Origin: a virus
Virus record (IMG/VR): IMGVR_UViG_3300012971_000018
Location: 1-64,000 of that record
Reading direction: 5' to 3' (one strand)
Length of the DNA stretch: 64,000 nt
Shown piece by piece: positions 48,772 through 57,370 of this stretch. Numbering within the stretch: position 1 is the stretch's first letter; each line of letters opens with the position of its first letter. The notes below the pieces were generated by a model. It was not told where the DNA came from. It saw only the letters and a program-made list of their open reading frames with translations, and did no database searches. The position numbers were made by a program, and so were the translations under genes.

Positions 48772-50137
48772 TTGGATTAACCAGGACACCGCTAAGGAAA
48801 CGTACAATTACTACATGCGTACCGACCCGTCTATGCGCGAGATACTCGGCCCTATCGAGGAAGTATACGATGAGCACACAGGTCGGAAAATGCGTAGGCG
48901 GTTAGCAAAAGTGGCGATGATCCGAGGCTCAAAAGACGGTAAGGAAACTATAATCTATCTAGACCCGCTGCCACATGTTAGACTTGACAAGGCCAAGGAT
49001 TTGCAAGGTTGGTACAGTGGAAAAACAGACGGTGCTACTCGTGGGCAAAGAGACCGTCCTTGTATGACGGATGCTATCCTTACCCAACCCTATGGGGGCA
49101 CTTGCGAGGTCCAATGTGGGTTTTGCTACGTGAATTCTGGGTTTAGAGGATATCGCGGAGCTGGATTGACTACAGTTCCAATGGGATATGGAACGCATGT
49201 GCGCGCGCAGCTTAGTTCTATGAAGGTTGCTACGGCTGGATATTTTACGAGCTTTCACGATCCTTTCAACAGTTTGGAGGAGTACTACCACAACACCCAG
49301 CAGGGAGCCCAGGCATTTGTTGATTATGACCTTCCAATATTCTTCCTATCGCGGCTGTCCTATCCGGAGTGGGCGATAAACCTGCTACGTACTAACCCTT
49401 ACAGCTACGCGCAGAAATCGATCAATACGCCGGACCCCGAGGATTGGAAGAAGCTAAGCCCGGGTGCGCTGCCGCTCGCCGACCACTTCGCGGAGATTGC
49501 CAAGCTGCGCGCGGCCGGCATCTACGTGTCGATCCAGGTTAACCCCGTCGTCCCCGGCATTACGACCCACGAGGAGGTGGAGCAGCTATTCGAGAAGCTC
49601 GCCGCGGCCGGTGCCAACCACGTAATCGTTAAGTTCGTCGAGGCGAGCCACGCCTGGGTCGGCGCGATGGTGGAGCGGATGGCTACCCGGTTCGGCGCCA
49701 ACCGGGCGGCGCATTTCCGCGAGCTGTTCGTCGAGAATTCCTGCGGCGGGCAGAAGACCATAGCCGAGGAGTACCGGCGCGAGGGCCATACGCGGTACCG
49801 TAAGCGGGCTACTGAATTGGGGATGACCTATGCGTTGTGCTACGAGTACACGCGCACGCCCGACGGCTGGAAGTCGATGGGACCGGAGTTTCTAACGTCG
49901 GAGCAGTGCCACGGCCACCGGGTGCCGATGCATGTGCGACGAATGGGCAGATTTAGTCCGCTCTCGGTATGTCCTCCATCGGGGTGCCTGTCGTGCGCCG
50001 ACGAGAGCGGGAAAGGAAAATGCGGTTCGACCCTGCTCGGAGCGGCGAAGGCACTACGGATATCCGATTTGCGCAAGGATTGGGATGGAGACCCGGAGCA
50101 TGTTAGGACCCGCCGAGTTCGGGCGCCAGCTAATTAA
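48755..50137 (+). CDS. Radical SAM enzyme (hypermodification isomerase-like)
   Basis: CEVQCGFCY, DPF, second Cys cluster at C-terminus; GGAGA RBS. Confidence 0.85.
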   Translation: MQSELDWINQDTAKETYNYYMRTDPSMREILGPIEEVYDEHTGRKMRRRLAKVAMIRGSKDGKETIIYLDPLPHVRLDKAKDLQGWYSGKTDGATRGQRDRPCMTDAILTQPYGGTCEVQCGFCYVNSGFRGYRGAGLTTVPMGYGTHVRAQLSSMKVATAGYFTSFHDPFNSLEEYYHNTQQGAQAFVDYDLPIFFLSRLSYPEWAINLLRTNPYSYAQKSINTPDPEDWKKLSPGALPLADHFAEIAKLRAAGIYVSIQVNPVVPGITTHEEVEQLFEKLAAAGANHVIVKFVEASHAWVGAMVERMATRFGANRAAHFRELFVENSCGGQKTIAEEYRREGHTRYRKRATELGMTYALCYEYTRTPDGWKSMGPEFLTSEQCHGHRVPMHVRRMGRFSPLSVCPPSGCLSCADESGKGKCGSTLLGAAKALRISDLRKDWDGDPEHVRTRRVRAPAN

Positions 50138-50876
50138 GACCGGAGACCTCGATCCGGTCTACATCGCCATTAACGGTGCAAAGCTCCCCCACAAGCAACT
50201 GGCCAAGCTCCTGTTCGCCTATTGGTGTTTCTACCATCTGGGCCTCGCGGCGTGGCTATCCGAGCAGAAACACTATTGGCGATCGATGCGGACCGCGGCG
50301 GAGAACGTAACCGAGACCCCGTACGGCGGTCCCTGGCCGCGCGGTACGGAGCGTCGCCACTTCCGCGGTTACCTGGCGGTGCGTGCGGTGGACATCCTGT
50401 CGAGGAAGTCCCCCGAGGCGTATGTCGAGGCTCTGTTGAAGATGCGGACCGTGGCGGAGATTATGGGCGCTACCAGCCAATGGCCGCTGTTTGGACCGTG
50501 GATCGGCTACAAGATTGCGGATATGGTCGATCGGTGTCTTGGCTCTCCGGTCGAGTTTACCCCGGACGTCTGCCTGCTCTACAAGGAGCCCCGGGCCGCA
50601 CTCGATCTTATCCCCGGGGCGGTTTCGGCCGAGCAGAAGCTGGTCGATTTGCTGGGCGAGCTGGACGACCAGAAAGCCCCGCCAACGGGCGACCGGGCGC
50701 TGGGCTTCGCCGAGGTCGAGACCGTGCTGTGTAAGTGGAAGTCCTACCGTAGCAAGCATTATTTCATTGGGAAGGACATCTACGAGGTGCGCCACCACTT
50801 GGCCCATTGGGGTGCGGGCACGATGCTAAAGGCCATGCCGGCGGTGCCGTTCATATTCCGGGGGCGGATGCCATGA
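50100..50876 (+). CDS. Amino acid:DNA transferase (aGPT-Pplase2 family)
   Basis: DLDPVY, YW.FY, RGTERRHFRG, FGPWIGYKIADM, E.ET.LCKWK. Confidence 0.8.
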   Translation: MLGPAEFGRQLIKTGDLDPVYIAINGAKLPHKQLAKLLFAYWCFYHLGLAAWLSEQKHYWRSMRTAAENVTETPYGGPWPRGTERRHFRGYLAVRAVDILSRKSPEAYVEALLKMRTVAEIMGATSQWPLFGPWIGYKIADMVDRCLGSPVEFTPDVCLLYKEPRAALDLIPGAVSAEQKLVDLLGELDDQKAPPTGDRALGFAEVETVLCKWKSYRSKHYFIGKDIYEVRHHLAHWGAGTMLKAMPAVPFIFRGRMP

Positions 50877-51436
50877 TCGTTAATGTGCGCGGCGGGAGCG
50901 GAAGTGGCAAGACCCATGTGGTGCGCGAGCTAATGAATGGCGGCAGGCCGGTCTCGCTCTATGGGGTGCTAGGGATAAAGTATCCCGAAGCCTATCGGGT
51001 CTCGCTCCCAGGCGTAACGCAGCCCCTGCACATTATCGGACCCTACACGACGAACGTCGGGGGATGCGACAGGCTGTCCTACGATAAGATCATTCCTCTG
51101 CTGGAGAAGTACGAGAAGCGGGGCCACGTCCTGTTCGAAGGTCTGCTCGTATCGGACAACTACGGCATTATCGGAGAGTGGCTTACCAAGCGCGGCCACA
51201 ACGCGCTTATCGTGTTCCTGGATACTTCGCTGGCAGTATGTCTGGAACGGCTGCGCATCCGTTCGGGCTACGATGCAGACTTGCGGAAGCCGCTAACGAC
51301 GGTGGCCATGCGGTACGAGACCATAAAGCGCGCGAAGGCAAAGTTCGAGAAGGAAGCCAAGGTTAGCCTGCTCGAAGTTTCCTCGACAAGCGCGGCGGAC
51401 CAGATACACCAATGGATAATTGACAATGATAGATGA
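50873..51436 (+). CDS. P-loop nucleotide kinase
   Basis: IVNVRGGSGSGKT, GGCD, LFEG, FLDT....C..R...R. Confidence 0.8.
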   Translation: MIVNVRGGSGSGKTHVVRELMNGGRPVSLYGVLGIKYPEAYRVSLPGVTQPLHIIGPYTTNVGGCDRLSYDKIIPLLEKYEKRGHVLFEGLLVSDNYGIIGEWLTKRGHNALIVFLDTSLAVCLERLRIRSGYDADLRKPLTTVAMRYETIKRAKAKFEKEAKVSLLEVSSTSAADQIHQWIIDNDR

Positions 51437-52301
51437 ACAACTGCATTGGTTTACGCACTGGGTATCCGAGCGCGAGAAGGTTCGGATCGCCAAGCTGGGC
51501 GGCGCCCGGCCGCCGTGGACGAACGACCCGATTATCGCCAAGTACCGGTTCTGTAACGTCCGGCGGAAGGACGATCGCGTCTCGCGCTGGTTAATCAAGA
51601 ATGTCCTTACCGCGGAAATCTTCCACCGTGTCGGCCCCAAGGCGTTTATGGAGTTTACCGCGTTCTGCCGGTGGAACAATTGGCCGCCGTCGATCGGTGC
51701 GGTCTTAGAGCGCGATCTTTTGCGGCCTAGCATCGATTGGGGTGCCGTCGTGCGGGTCCTGCAAGATCGCAAGCGGCGCGGGGAGAAGGTGTGGACGGGT
51801 GCCTACGTGGTCTATGCCGATGCCAAGACCGACAAGGCGGAATACGTGGCCAGTGTCGCGCGGGCCGTCGGCGAGATGTGGGACCGGCTACAGACCGATA
51901 CCCGGATTGGATATCGCCAGCGGGTGTGGGAGACGCTAACCGATATCCGTGGCATGGGCTCGTTCATGGCTGGGCAGATCGTCGACGATTGGACGTGGAC
52001 ACCGTTGCTGTGGCTATCGCGCGATCTCTACGAATGGGCGCCGCAAGGCCCGGGGTCGCTGCGGGGGCTAAACCGGATTATCGGCCACCCGCTTACCCAG
52101 AGCATAATTATGAACGACTGGATGGCCCATCTTAACGCTTGCCGCAGGCACATAATCGAGACGCTTGGCAAGGACTATCGCAACCTTACGGCGCACGATG
52201 TGCAGAATTGCCTGTGCGAGTTCGACAAGTACATGCGGGTTAAGAACGGGGAAGGCAAGCCGCGGTCGACGTACCAGCCGGAGACGGGGTATGTGGTATG
52301 A
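51426..52301 (+). CDS. 5-hydroxymethyluracil DNA kinase (aGPT-Pplase1 family)
   Basis: ERE, PWT.DPI...RFCNVRR.DD.VS, FMAGQ...D, GPGS.RGL, QNCLCEFDKY.R. Confidence 0.85.
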   Translation: MIDEQLHWFTHWVSEREKVRIAKLGGARPPWTNDPIIAKYRFCNVRRKDDRVSRWLIKNVLTAEIFHRVGPKAFMEFTAFCRWNNWPPSIGAVLERDLLRPSIDWGAVVRVLQDRKRRGEKVWTGAYVVYADAKTDKAEYVASVARAVGEMWDRLQTDTRIGYRQRVWETLTDIRGMGSFMAGQIVDDWTWTPLLWLSRDLYEWAPQGPGSLRGLNRIIGHPLTQSIIMNDWMAHLNACRRHIIETLGKDYRNLTAHDVQNCLCEFDKYMRVKNGEGKPRSTYQPETGYVV

Positions 52302-52501
52302 GTAAGAAACCTGTCGGCTACTTCGTCTGGACCCGCCGTAATGGCAGGCTGTCCCCCCGGAAGTATGGCGAGGACTTCCACCGTGCCGGTCGCAAGGATG
52401 GCACAGAATACGACCACGATGCCCCACCGGCTTATCCACTAACCGAAGCCGAGTGGGGTATGTCTTTGGACGAGCTGGCAAGGAGATATCCGCATGGGTA
52501 G
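52298..52501 (+). CDS. Hypothetical protein
   Basis: ATGA overlap. Confidence 0.5.
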   Translation: MSKKPVGYFVWTRRNGRLSPRKYGEDFHRAGRKDGTEYDHDAPPAYPLTEAEWGMSLDELARRYPHG

Positions 52502-52892
52502 CCAAGCAGGACGCAAAGTACAGAGCTGGGTTAGCACCCCGCAGGGCTGTTTTCTTAAGGGGCTCCTGCATGCTCTTGGGAACCGGGGATGGATGGACAT
52601 GGGGCTGCGTGGAAGTGCCTATAACGAATACGTCTACAGGCATTACGCTCGCCTCGTGCCTTACCACCAGGATTATTGGGAACGTCCGCGGACCAAAAAG
52701 AGCATTGTGGGTCGCGCTATGACCACGACAAGATCGCACCATGCTTCGAGGGAGAATGCATTCGAAAATGACTATACTGCGCCATACATGGGATTGGTCT
52801 TTAATCTGTTGGAGCGCGACAAGCCCTGGGAACGTGCGGAGCTGGACGCGCGTATCGCGCGTATCGCTGCGATAGCAGCGAGGGCGGCATGA
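52494..52892 (+). CDS. Hypothetical protein
   Basis: AAGGAG RBS; ATGA overlap with HD gene. Confidence 0.5.
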   Translation: MGSQAGRKVQSWVSTPQGCFLKGLLHALGNRGWMDMGLRGSAYNEYVYRHYARLVPYHQDYWERPRTKKSIVGRAMTTTRSHHASRENAFENDYTAPYMGLVFNLLERDKPWERAELDARIARIAAIAARAA

Positions 52893-53446
52893 CCCCGTTG
52901 GAGCGCGTAATTGCGATCCGGACCGGCGGCGGCACCGAGCGCGCCCACGGCATTCGCCACCATGGCTCCTATTCGGTCGCCAGCCATACATGGGGCGTTC
53001 TAACGCTGGTCTACGTGCTGTGGGGACCCGAGTTCTTTGCCCGGGTCGCCGCCGCGGTAACGTTCCACGACGTTCCCGAGGCTTGGGTCGGCGACATCCC
53101 GGCGCCGACGAAGCGTTACAATATGTCGGTTAAGCTCGCGGTCGACCAGATGGACCAAGCCGTGCTTAAGCGGCTCGATCTGCTTACGCCGTACGTGGGT
53201 CTTAGCTTAGAGGACAAGGCCAGGATTAAGGCCGCGGACATGCTGGAGCTGTATCTGTGGGCGGCGGAGGAAGTCGCGGGGGGCAACAGGCACGCCGCCT
53301 GTCTTATGCGGGAGCTAATACGCTATTTCGGCGAGCAGAGGATGCCGGACGAGTTCTACCCGATATGGACGGAGCTTGCCACCGGCGGCAGCGTAGAGCA
53401 CGCGAGCGACGGCCTTATCTACGAGATAAACAAGAAAGCGGAATAG
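52889..53446 (+). CDS. HD-domain deoxynucleotidase (YfbR-like)
   Basis: SVASH, HD.PE...GDIP.P.K, K.AD.LE. Confidence 0.85.
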   Translation: MTPLERVIAIRTGGGTERAHGIRHHGSYSVASHTWGVLTLVYVLWGPEFFARVAAAVTFHDVPEAWVGDIPAPTKRYNMSVKLAVDQMDQAVLKRLDLLTPYVGLSLEDKARIKAADMLELYLWAAEEVAGGNRHAACLMRELIRYFGEQRMPDEFYPIWTELATGGSVEHASDGLIYEINKKAE

Positions 53447-55336
53447 ATGATTACACTTATGGTGGGTTCGGTGGACGAGGCGCTCTGTCGGGGCGTCGCG
53501 CTCCTGCGCAAGGTCGGCGTAAAGCAGACGTCCCGGGCCGGCGATGTGTGGGTCGCACCCAGCCCGGTTACGACGATCTTCCACGATCCGGTAAAGCGGG
53601 TGCTGTTTAATGCGCATCGCGATGCCAATCCGTTCTTCCATCTGTTCGAAAGCCTGTGGCTGCTGGCCGGTCGCGACGATGCTACGTGGCTGGACCAGTT
53701 TGTCGGCGACTTCTCTTCGCGCTTCGCCGAGAGCGACGGAGTGCTCCATGGTTCCTACGGCCACCGGTGGCGGGAGGCGCTCGGCCTCGACCAGCTATTT
53801 GAGGTCGTGGAGAAGCTAAAGGCCAACCCCGACGATCGGCAATGCGTCCTCCAGATGTGGGACGCGCGGGACGACTGGCACGCGGATGGAGAGTATTCCG
53901 CGCACTCCGGATGCAACGATTTGCTAGGCAATTGGAAGGATCGGCCGTGTTTGGCGGGGGATACCGTTGTGTGGTCGCCCGAGGGGGACCTTCCTATTGC
54001 TGCGTTGGCGGAAAAGTTTGCGGCTGGTGTAAAACGTTGGCCCGTTTATTCCGTGAACGAGATGTCCAAGAAGTTGGAGATAAGGTGGGCTACAAATTGC
54101 TGGAGAAGCGGACGAAGGCGTACTGTAGTTCTAACTTTTGATGATGGTACGTCAATTCGAGCAACAGCGGACCACGTATTTTACGTATATCCTAAGAGGA
54201 TTGGTAGAAATGGGAAGGTAAGCGCCTTGGCGGCAAAACCGTGTCGGGTAGATAAGCTGCGGCCGGGGGATCGGGTATTAGCAACACAGCGGTTTTCCGG
54301 CAAGAAGGGCCACGAGGTAATTAAAAAGTGTTTGGCCGGGAATACGGCCTTTCGCAATATGCAGCAGACGCACAATGCGTATTATCGTCTTGTGTATGGC
54401 TCAATTCCAGAAGATTGTGAGCTTCATCATGTAGACGAAGTTAAGCGTAACAATAAGATCGCCAATTTGGAGCCACTCGATCCAGGAGAACATAGCCGAT
54501 TGCACAAAGTTGGGGATCGAAATCCGATGAGAAACATGACGGCTGCGCAGCACCGAGCGCGTGGTCGTAAGCAGTCGGTGTCGCTAAAGGCTGCTTGGGC
54601 TAAGCTTACTCCGATGCAGCGTGTTGCGAGATCGAAGGGTCTCCCCATAACCAACCACAGGATTGTTAGTATCGGTCCGGGACCGATCGAGGATGTATAC
54701 GATTTTACGGTTCCCGGTTTCCACACTGCAATAGTTGGTACTGGTGTGGTAACTCATAATTGCAACACCCATGCCTACCTTCGGGTTCGGGATGGGCTCT
54801 TGGACCTTACGGTGTGCTGCCGGTCGAACGATATTATCTGGGGCGCATACGGTGCCAATGCTGTGCAATTTTCCATGCTGCAAGAGTACCTCGCGGCGCG
54901 GATCGGCGTCGGCGTCGGCATCTATTACCAGATTAGCAACAACTACCACGCTTACGACAATGTTATCGACTGGAGCTTGGGCGAGAAGAACGCGCTAACG
55001 GATTGGGGGTGGTCGTACCGGGACTTCTGTGTCGAGCCGCTTGCGTTGGTTACCAATCCGGAGACGTTCGACCGGGAGCTGTCGTGCTTCTTTAAGCGGC
55101 CGGAGAGTTTTCTTCCGCTCGATCCCGTCCTTGCCCTGCGCACAGGTGGGCGGAACGAGTACGAGAACTTGTTCTTCCCTCGGGTAGCTGTCCCGCTTTA
55201 CCGCGCCATTCGGACGTGGAAGGACAAAGCGGTAGAGGACCGGAAGAAATTGGCAATACAGGAGTTGGATAGCGCACCAGCCGAGAACGACTGGAAGCTG
55301 GCCGCCCAGCAGTGGATGCAGAAGAGGATTAAATGA
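53447..55336 (+). CDS. dUMP hydroxymethylase (thymidylate synthase fold) with intein
   Basis: SRAG, ANPFF...E, YG.RW, DRQ, spliced DRPCN, RSND..WG..GAN (Asn implies dUMP), N.HAY. Confidence 0.85.
   Translation: MITLMVGSVDEALCRGVALLRKVGVKQTSRAGDVWVAPSPVTTIFHDPVKRVLFNAHRDANPFFHLFESLWLLAGRDDATWLDQFVGDFSSRFAESDGVLHGSYGHRWREALGLDQLFEVVEKLKANPDDRQCVLQMWDARDDWHADGEYSAHSGCNDLLGNWKDRPCLAGDTVVWSPEGDLPIAALAEKFAAGVKRWPVYSVNEMSKKLEIRWATNCWRSGRRRTVVLTFDDGTSIRATADHVFYVYPKRIGRNGKVSALAAKPCRVDKLRPGDRVLATQRFSGKKGHEVIKKCLAGNTAFRNMQQTHNAYYRLVYGSIPEDCELHHVDEVKRNNKIANLEPLDPGEHSRLHKVGDRNPMRNMTAAQHRARGRKQSVSLKAAWAKLTPMQRVARSKGLPITNHRIVSIGPGPIEDVYDFTVPGFHTAIVGTGVVTHNCNTHAYLRVRDGLLDLTVCCRSNDIIWGAYGANAVQFSMLQEYLAARIGVGVGIYYQISNNYHAYDNVIDWSLGEKNALTDWGWSYRDFCVEPLALVTNPETFDRELSCFFKRPESFLPLDPVLALRTGGRNEYENLFFPRVAVPLYRAIRTWKDKAVEDRKKLAIQELDSAPAENDWKLAAQQWMQKRIK
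53948..54760 (+). mobile_element. Intein with in-frame HNH endonuclease (271 aa)
   Basis: CLAGDT start, ATADH block B, HHVDEVKRNN..NL......EH...H, VYDFTV...THN|C end. Confidence 0.92.
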
Positions 55337-55767
55337 CAAACTATGTCGCGCAGGTCGGTGGCGACCACTACAAGTCGGCGTACGCGCATTGGGACCTCGC
55401 GATCGATATTCGTTGGGGCTATCTCGACGGTTCCGCGGCGAAGTACATATCGCGGTGGCGCAAGAAGGGTGGGGTCCAAGACCTGCGCAAGGCGCTAAGC
55501 TACATCGACAAGCTAATTGGGACGTTGGCGACCGAGAAACAGCAGCTTCCGCCGGCTGTTGCAAACACTCTCCAATTGGAACGGTTTTGCGATGCGCATG
55601 GCTTCGTTAAGGGTTCGCTGGAGCGGACTGCAATAATTTATCTGGGGTCGTGGGCGTTTCGCAGCGACCTCGAAGTCGCGCGGGTAGCAGTGGTGGAGCT
55701 TATCGCCGAAAACGAGGTCCCGACGACCGACAGTAACAAGCACGCCAAGCAGGAGGAGCAATGCTAG
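55333..55767 (+). CDS. DUF3310 (T7 gp1.7-like nucleotide kinase family) protein
   Basis: QVGGDHYK, KYISRW.KKGG..DL.KA..Y. Confidence 0.85.
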   Translation: MTNYVAQVGGDHYKSAYAHWDLAIDIRWGYLDGSAAKYISRWRKKGGVQDLRKALSYIDKLIGTLATEKQQLPPAVANTLQLERFCDAHGFVKGSLERTAIIYLGSWAFRSDLEVARVAVVELIAENEVPTTDSNKHAKQEEQC

Positions 55768-56834
55768 TAAAGCGGGAAGCGTTAAAGGCGTCGCTGGACC
55801 GGGTTAGGCCGGCAATCGCCACCGGGGACAAGGCACACGAGCCGCTAAAGCATGTGTGGTGGGATGCCGGTTATCTCTACGGGTTCAATGGTGGTCTCGG
55901 CATCCGGACGATATGGGAGATGGGACTGCCGCCGGCCGGGGTCCTGGCTACAGTGCGAAACGGTGTGGTCGGGAGCACGGCCGCGGAGGAGCTGGATATC
56001 GCGGTCGAGGGCGACCAGATGACCGTAAAGGTCGGACGGTCGAAGACCAAGCTGGCGACGCTGCCGCCTAGCAGTTTCCCGTGGCCGCCCGAGTACAGCG
56101 CCGACATTGGCGGTGCGCAGTGCTCGATCGATCTTAACAAGGACGTGGCCATGGCGATCCGGCACGCGGGCGCGATCCGGGCCAAGAACCCGCATCGCGT
56201 CGAGCACCATGGAGTATCGCTATTCCCGTTCGCAGACTTTATCTCGCTGTACTCGACCGATGCGCAGACCCTCGCCGAGGTTCGGCTAAAGGGAAGGTAC
56301 TCCAAGGACCTAACGAAGATGGTGCTGCCCCACGACTTCGTGCGGCAGATTATGACGCTCGACCTGCCGTCCAAGGTCCACTTTATGCCGAGTGCGATTA
56401 TTGCCGAGGCGACCGGCGTGCGGGTGTGTGCCAACCTGCTCGACAACAGCGAAGTGTGGGACCTGCCCAAGCTAATGGACGAGTCGATCCCGAGCGAAGA
56501 CCCAACGATAATTCCGAAGGGCTGGGACGAGGCTATCCGGCGGGCGCGGGTGCTTACGAAGGGCGATGACGATCCGTTCCTTACGCTTAGCGTAAGTCCG
56601 AAGGCCAAAGAGCTTATTATCGAAGGCAAGCTCCGGTATGGCTTGTTGGAGGAACGTTTCGCGCTTACCGGCCCCCTAACGGAAGCCAAGGTCGCCGTGG
56701 GGCTGGGCTACCTGGAGACGATCGGGCGCGAGGCCCGGGAGTTCAACATTGTAACCGACACGTCGCTGGTGCTCGTCGGCAAGAATGCCGAGACGTTTGT
56801 TATCGGTTCGCACGAGGCAAAGACCGAGGAGTAG
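55761..56834 (+). CDS. DNA sliding clamp (beta-clamp-like)
   Basis: 357 aa; RE.L...L, T.L.TLP...FP, GV, STD...LA pattern; clamp loader nearby. Confidence 0.7.
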   Translation: MLVKREALKASLDRVRPAIATGDKAHEPLKHVWWDAGYLYGFNGGLGIRTIWEMGLPPAGVLATVRNGVVGSTAAEELDIAVEGDQMTVKVGRSKTKLATLPPSSFPWPPEYSADIGGAQCSIDLNKDVAMAIRHAGAIRAKNPHRVEHHGVSLFPFADFISLYSTDAQTLAEVRLKGRYSKDLTKMVLPHDFVRQIMTLDLPSKVHFMPSAIIAEATGVRVCANLLDNSEVWDLPKLMDESIPSEDPTIIPKGWDEAIRRARVLTKGDDDPFLTLSVSPKAKELIIEGKLRYGLLEERFALTGPLTEAKVAVGLGYLETIGREAREFNIVTDTSLVLVGKNAETFVIGSHEAKTEE

Positions 56835-57175
56835 GGAAGTGTGGACCATGTGGGTTGCATTAGCCACCGGAATGTTGCTCGGAGTGGTAATCGTTGTCGT
56901 CGTCGTCGCGAGCCTACCAAGGCAGAGTTGAGTAGCTTGGGCGTCGGCGCATAGCGCTGGCGAAATCTGCTCTGGACCGTAGCACCCCAAACACGGTCGT
57001 TTGCGGAACGGAGGACGGATGGAAAGTCAGGGGCTCGTAGCAGCCGTTTTCGGCGGAGAGACGCCAAGGCCGTCAAGTTCTCCAAAGCTCCAAACCGAAA
57101 GCTGGGTGTGCCGGTTCGATCCCAGCAGCGCCCCTCTTGCTCCGTTCTGCAATTAAACACCGAGGAGGTCTTTAG

Positions 57176-57370
57176 ATGTTGGTATGGGTCCTGTGGGTTA
57201 CGCTCGTTACCGGCGAGCGGGTCGAGGCCGGTATGTACCAGACCGAGGGCTGGTGTTATGCGGGCGCGGCGAGACAGCGCGGCTACTTCCTTAAGCACCA
57301 GCCACGGCCGGTGCGGATGTCCTGCGAGCAGGAAACGGTAACGTGGACGCCTAACAAGGGAAACGGCTAG
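57176..57370 (+). CDS. Small hypothetical protein
   Basis: GAGGAGG RBS; abuts polymerase start. Confidence 0.55.
   Translation: MLVWVLWVTLVTGERVEAGMYQTEGWCYAGAARQRGYFLKHQPRPVRMSCEQETVTWTPNKGNG

Noticed and set aside
52889-53446. DatZ of a 2-aminoadenine (Z) genome
   Set aside because: No PurZ-like gene in the window and the context is hmU/thymidine modification.
53447-55336. Ordinary thymidylate synthase or dCMP hydroxymethylase
   Set aside because: Asn in GAN indicates a dUMP substrate, and the neighbouring hmdU DNA kinase and transferase require hmdU; no DHFR seen.
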